The notes beneath the pieces were generated by a model, which had not been told where the DNA came from, ran no database searches, and saw only the letters and a list, made by a program, of their open reading frames with translations. Shown here in pieces: positions 61,935 to 64,000 of a stretch of 64,000 nt of DNA. Numbering within the stretch: position 1 is the stretch's first letter; each line of letters starts with the position of its first letter. A program made the position numbers and the translations under genes. The stretch is from Phycisphaeraceae bacterium. GTDB taxonomy: Bacteria > Planctomycetota > Phycisphaerae > Phycisphaerales > UBA1924. The stretch spans positions 13,090 to 77,089 of the forward strand of contig JAJTHN010000039.1 in the NCBI GenBank assembly GCA_021297895.1, read 5' to 3'.

Positions 61935-64000
61935 TTAGCGCGGCAGCGTCACGGGGCGAAGATCCGTCGCCTCGTATCGGCCTGCATCGATATCCCACGT
62001 CAGCGAGCGGGCCTGTACGGGCGTCGGCCGTGAGGAGTCCAGGAACGTCACCCAGCGGTCCGCCAGTGCCGCGGCGGTCAATCGGCGAGCAACCGCGTCG
62101 AAACGGGCGGTATCAGCCGAGAGTTCCTGCGAGCCGCTGGCCGCCCGAACGGTGCCCTCGGCGGTGACGCTGAGCAGTTGAGCGCTGAGCGTTCCCGCGG
62201 TCGTGGTTCCCGCCGCACCGGTGTCCGCGGGCTGCGTGCGGACCATCGCGCTGAGCGTGTCGCAGTCGAGCGTGATGATCGAGCCGAGCGTCATGTTGCT
62301 GCCGCCAGCAGGCGTGACGCCGGCCGCGCCCGCGCTCGACTGTGCCGGCCGATGGATCAGCCGCACGCTGTCGCGCATGCCCATGCTCCCCGCGGCCTGA
62401 TCGAGCGTGAGCCCGCCGGACCACGAGAACAGGCTCGTGCCGCGCGAGCCCGCGTCGTTCGCACCCGTACCACCGATGCCGACCGCGTCCGCCGCGGAGG
62501 TTCGCCGATCATCCACAAGCAGCCGCCCGGGGCCGGGGACTTCGAGCGTCTGCGCCGACGGGCTGGCGATGATCCGCTCGCCCTCAAGATAGAGCAGGCG
62601 ATCGAGCAACGGTTCCGCGATCGAGCCATCCGCGGCCGCGCCCGGAGACGGCCGCGCGAACCGGCGAGACTCAACGCTCGCGCGCGGGCGATCACCCGGC
62701 TGACCGATGGCCTCGGCACGCACCAGTTCGCGCCCGCCACCGCTGCCGCCCGTGCGGGCGAACGTCATGTCCAGGCGCTCGGCCCGGAGCGTGTCGCGCT
62801 GAAGGGGTGTGGGCGTGTTGATCGCCTCGATCGCGCCCGCAGCCGAGGCCATGCCGGTCGCGTCGTTCACGCGCAGGCTCGTGCTCCACGCCACTCGGAG
62901 TCGCGGATCACCCGCCACGGGCGGCCCAACGGTCTCGGATGCGGCCGTCGCGCGAGCATCGTCATTCGCAGCCTCAGCGTCGGCAAGAGCGGGCTGTCGA
63001 ACGACCAGCGTGCCCGGCCCGGGCACATCGAGCGTCGAGTCCGCCGCGCGGACGATGATGCGCGATGCCACAACCTCCGCCGCGGTCGAGCCGGCACCGC
63101 TCCCCGACGACTGGGCGATGCCAGCCGTACGCGGCGATTCGGCGGAAGCGTCGCCGAGCAACTCGGCGGTCTGCGCTCGGGCGTCGAGCACGACCCGCGG
63201 GGCAAACGCGACGGTCTGCCGCGGCACATCGATCGTGCCGCCCGAGTCGGTGTAGGTCACCATCGCGGGGCTGGTCGCAACGATCGTCGTGGGGCTGTTC
63301 TGTGTGGGGCGCTCCGGGTCTGAGCCGAGCAGCGCATCAACGAACTCTGCGCGGAGAACGCCGTCGCCCGCTCCATCACCCTGCAACTCGCGCTGGCCCG
63401 CCCGCGCGATGACATCGCCCAGCGCGAGCACGCGAGTCGGCGGCGTGTCGGACCTCGATGTATCCAGCAGCACGCTGATCGCCTCGGCCGAGAGCGACTG
63501 CACGCGCGAGCGCTCCTGCTCACTCAGCGGACCGACAAGCTGCGCGAGCGCCCCGAGAGACTCGACCATCGCTCCGCGGCGAAGTTCGACCCGCGACAAC
63601 CGCAGCGGATCATCCGAAGTCGACGCGGCCTGTGCAAAGACGGCTCGGAGCACGCCCGCGCGCACGCGGCTTCCCGCATCGCGAGCCAGCACATCGCCGG
63701 TCACGGTGGCCTCGCGCAGTTCACCGCTCGCCAGGCCGTCGCGGGTCGCCAGCACGAACGACCCCGGGCCGGACCACGAAAGAGCTCGCTCCGCAGGGGC
63801 GGACCCGGGCCGCACATCGCGCACGCGAACAGCGCGAACCTCGCCGGGGCCGTCGAGCGCACCGACGCCGGTCCGCATGTCCAGCGCGATCGCGCGGGCC
63901 TCGAGCACGCCGCGATCGGCCGCGGCGAGCGACGCACTGATCGTCTCGTCGCCGCGGAGTTCGAGCACCAGAGCGCCCATCGGCGAGACACGCTCGCCGC
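61935..64000 (-). CDS. Large Ala/Gly/Arg/Asp-rich repeat protein, 5'-truncated by the window edge; tentatively OstA/LptA-like beta-jellyroll repeats
   Basis: The frame stays open to the window end. Recurrent segments (TLDVPGPGTLVVRQ, TLEVPGPGRLLVDDR, LALGDVIARAGQRELQGD). No pheT lies next to pheS here. Confidence 0.5.
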   Translation of the reverse strand, partial: GERVSPMGALVLELRGDETISASLAAADRGVLEARAIALDMRTGVGALDGPGEVRAVRVRDVRPGSAPAERALSWSGPGSFVLATRDGLASGELREATVTGDVLARDAGSRVRAGVLRAVFAQAASTSDDPLRLSRVELRRGAMVESLGALAQLVGPLSEQERSRVQSLSAEAISVLLDTSRSDTPPTRVLALGDVIARAGQRELQGDGAGDGVLRAEFVDALLGSDPERPTQNSPTTIVATSPAMVTYTDSGGTIDVPRQTVAFAPRVVLDARAQTAELLGDASAESPRTAGIAQSSGSGAGSTAAEVVASRIIVRAADSTLDVPGPGTLVVRQPALADAEAANDDARATAASETVGPPVAGDPRLRVAWSTSLRVNDATGMASAAGAIEAINTPTPLQRDTLRAERLDMTFARTGGSGGGRELVRAEAIGQPGDRPRASVESRRFARPSPGAAADGSIAEPLLDRLLYLEGERIIASPSAQTLEVPGPGRLLVDDRRTSAADAVGIGGTGANDAGSRGTSLFSWSGGLTLDQAAGSMGMRDSVRLIHRPAQSSAGAAGVTPAGGSNMTLGSIITLDCDTLSAMVRTQPADTGAAGTTTAGTLSAQLLSVTAEGTVRAASGSQELSADTARFDAVARRLTAAALADRWVTFLDSSRPTPVQARSLTWDIDAGRYEATDLRPVTLPR

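Noticed and set aside
1-64000. A scan by eye of the whole window for CRISPR arrays, tandem DNA repeats, IS elements, transposases, integrases, toxin-antitoxin pairs and prophage genes.
   Set aside because: None were recognised. The intergenic regions are short and contain only hairpins, promoter-like boxes and three tRNAs. A computational repeat search would still be needed to exclude short or degenerate repeats.

Overview
High-GC bacterial chromosomal segment (about two-thirds G+C by eye, not computed), densely coding, with about 50 genes and 3 tRNAs. I saw no CRISPR array, IS element, transposase or integrase. Gene content and protein sorting signals (dockerin-like tails, a PEP-CTERM-like tail, a reduced dcw cluster, weak or absent Shine-Dalgarno use) suggest a Planctomycetota, Phycisphaerae-like organism; this is inference only. 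Layout: (i) obg 3' end, then a sensor-less histidine kinase plus an NtrC-type sigma54 activator. (ii) A complete 14-gene Tad/Flp pilus locus (3937-18098) with two unusually long Flp pilins, oversized pseudopilins and an embedded DUF192 gene. (iii) mutL. (iv) An S8 protease interrupted by one in-frame TAG. (v) A CHAD-Ppx/GppA fusion, tRNA-Val, waaA, tRNA-Lys. (vi) An overlapping SNF2 helicase plus SWIM zinc-finger gene pair, a PEP-CTERM-like protein, tRNA-Gln. (vii) A housekeeping string: glmU-like, prs, rplY, pth, rpsF, ssb, rplI, then rsmH, a LysM protein, ftsL-like and ftsI. (viii) A dockerin-bearing GH13 amylase, an HExxH lipoprotein, valS, a TPR protein, a dockerin-like GH31 alpha-glucosidase, and an SDR. 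(ix) prfB with a +1 frameshift at CUU UAA C, a large secreted hypothetical, pheS, and a 5'-truncated OstA-like repeat protein. The best candidates for something new are the extended-pilin Tad system with DUF192, the two dockerin flavours on three secreted hydrolases with no visible cohesin partner, the SNF2-SWIM module, and the atypical prfB recoding site. All family calls come from motif reading by eye. No database search was run.
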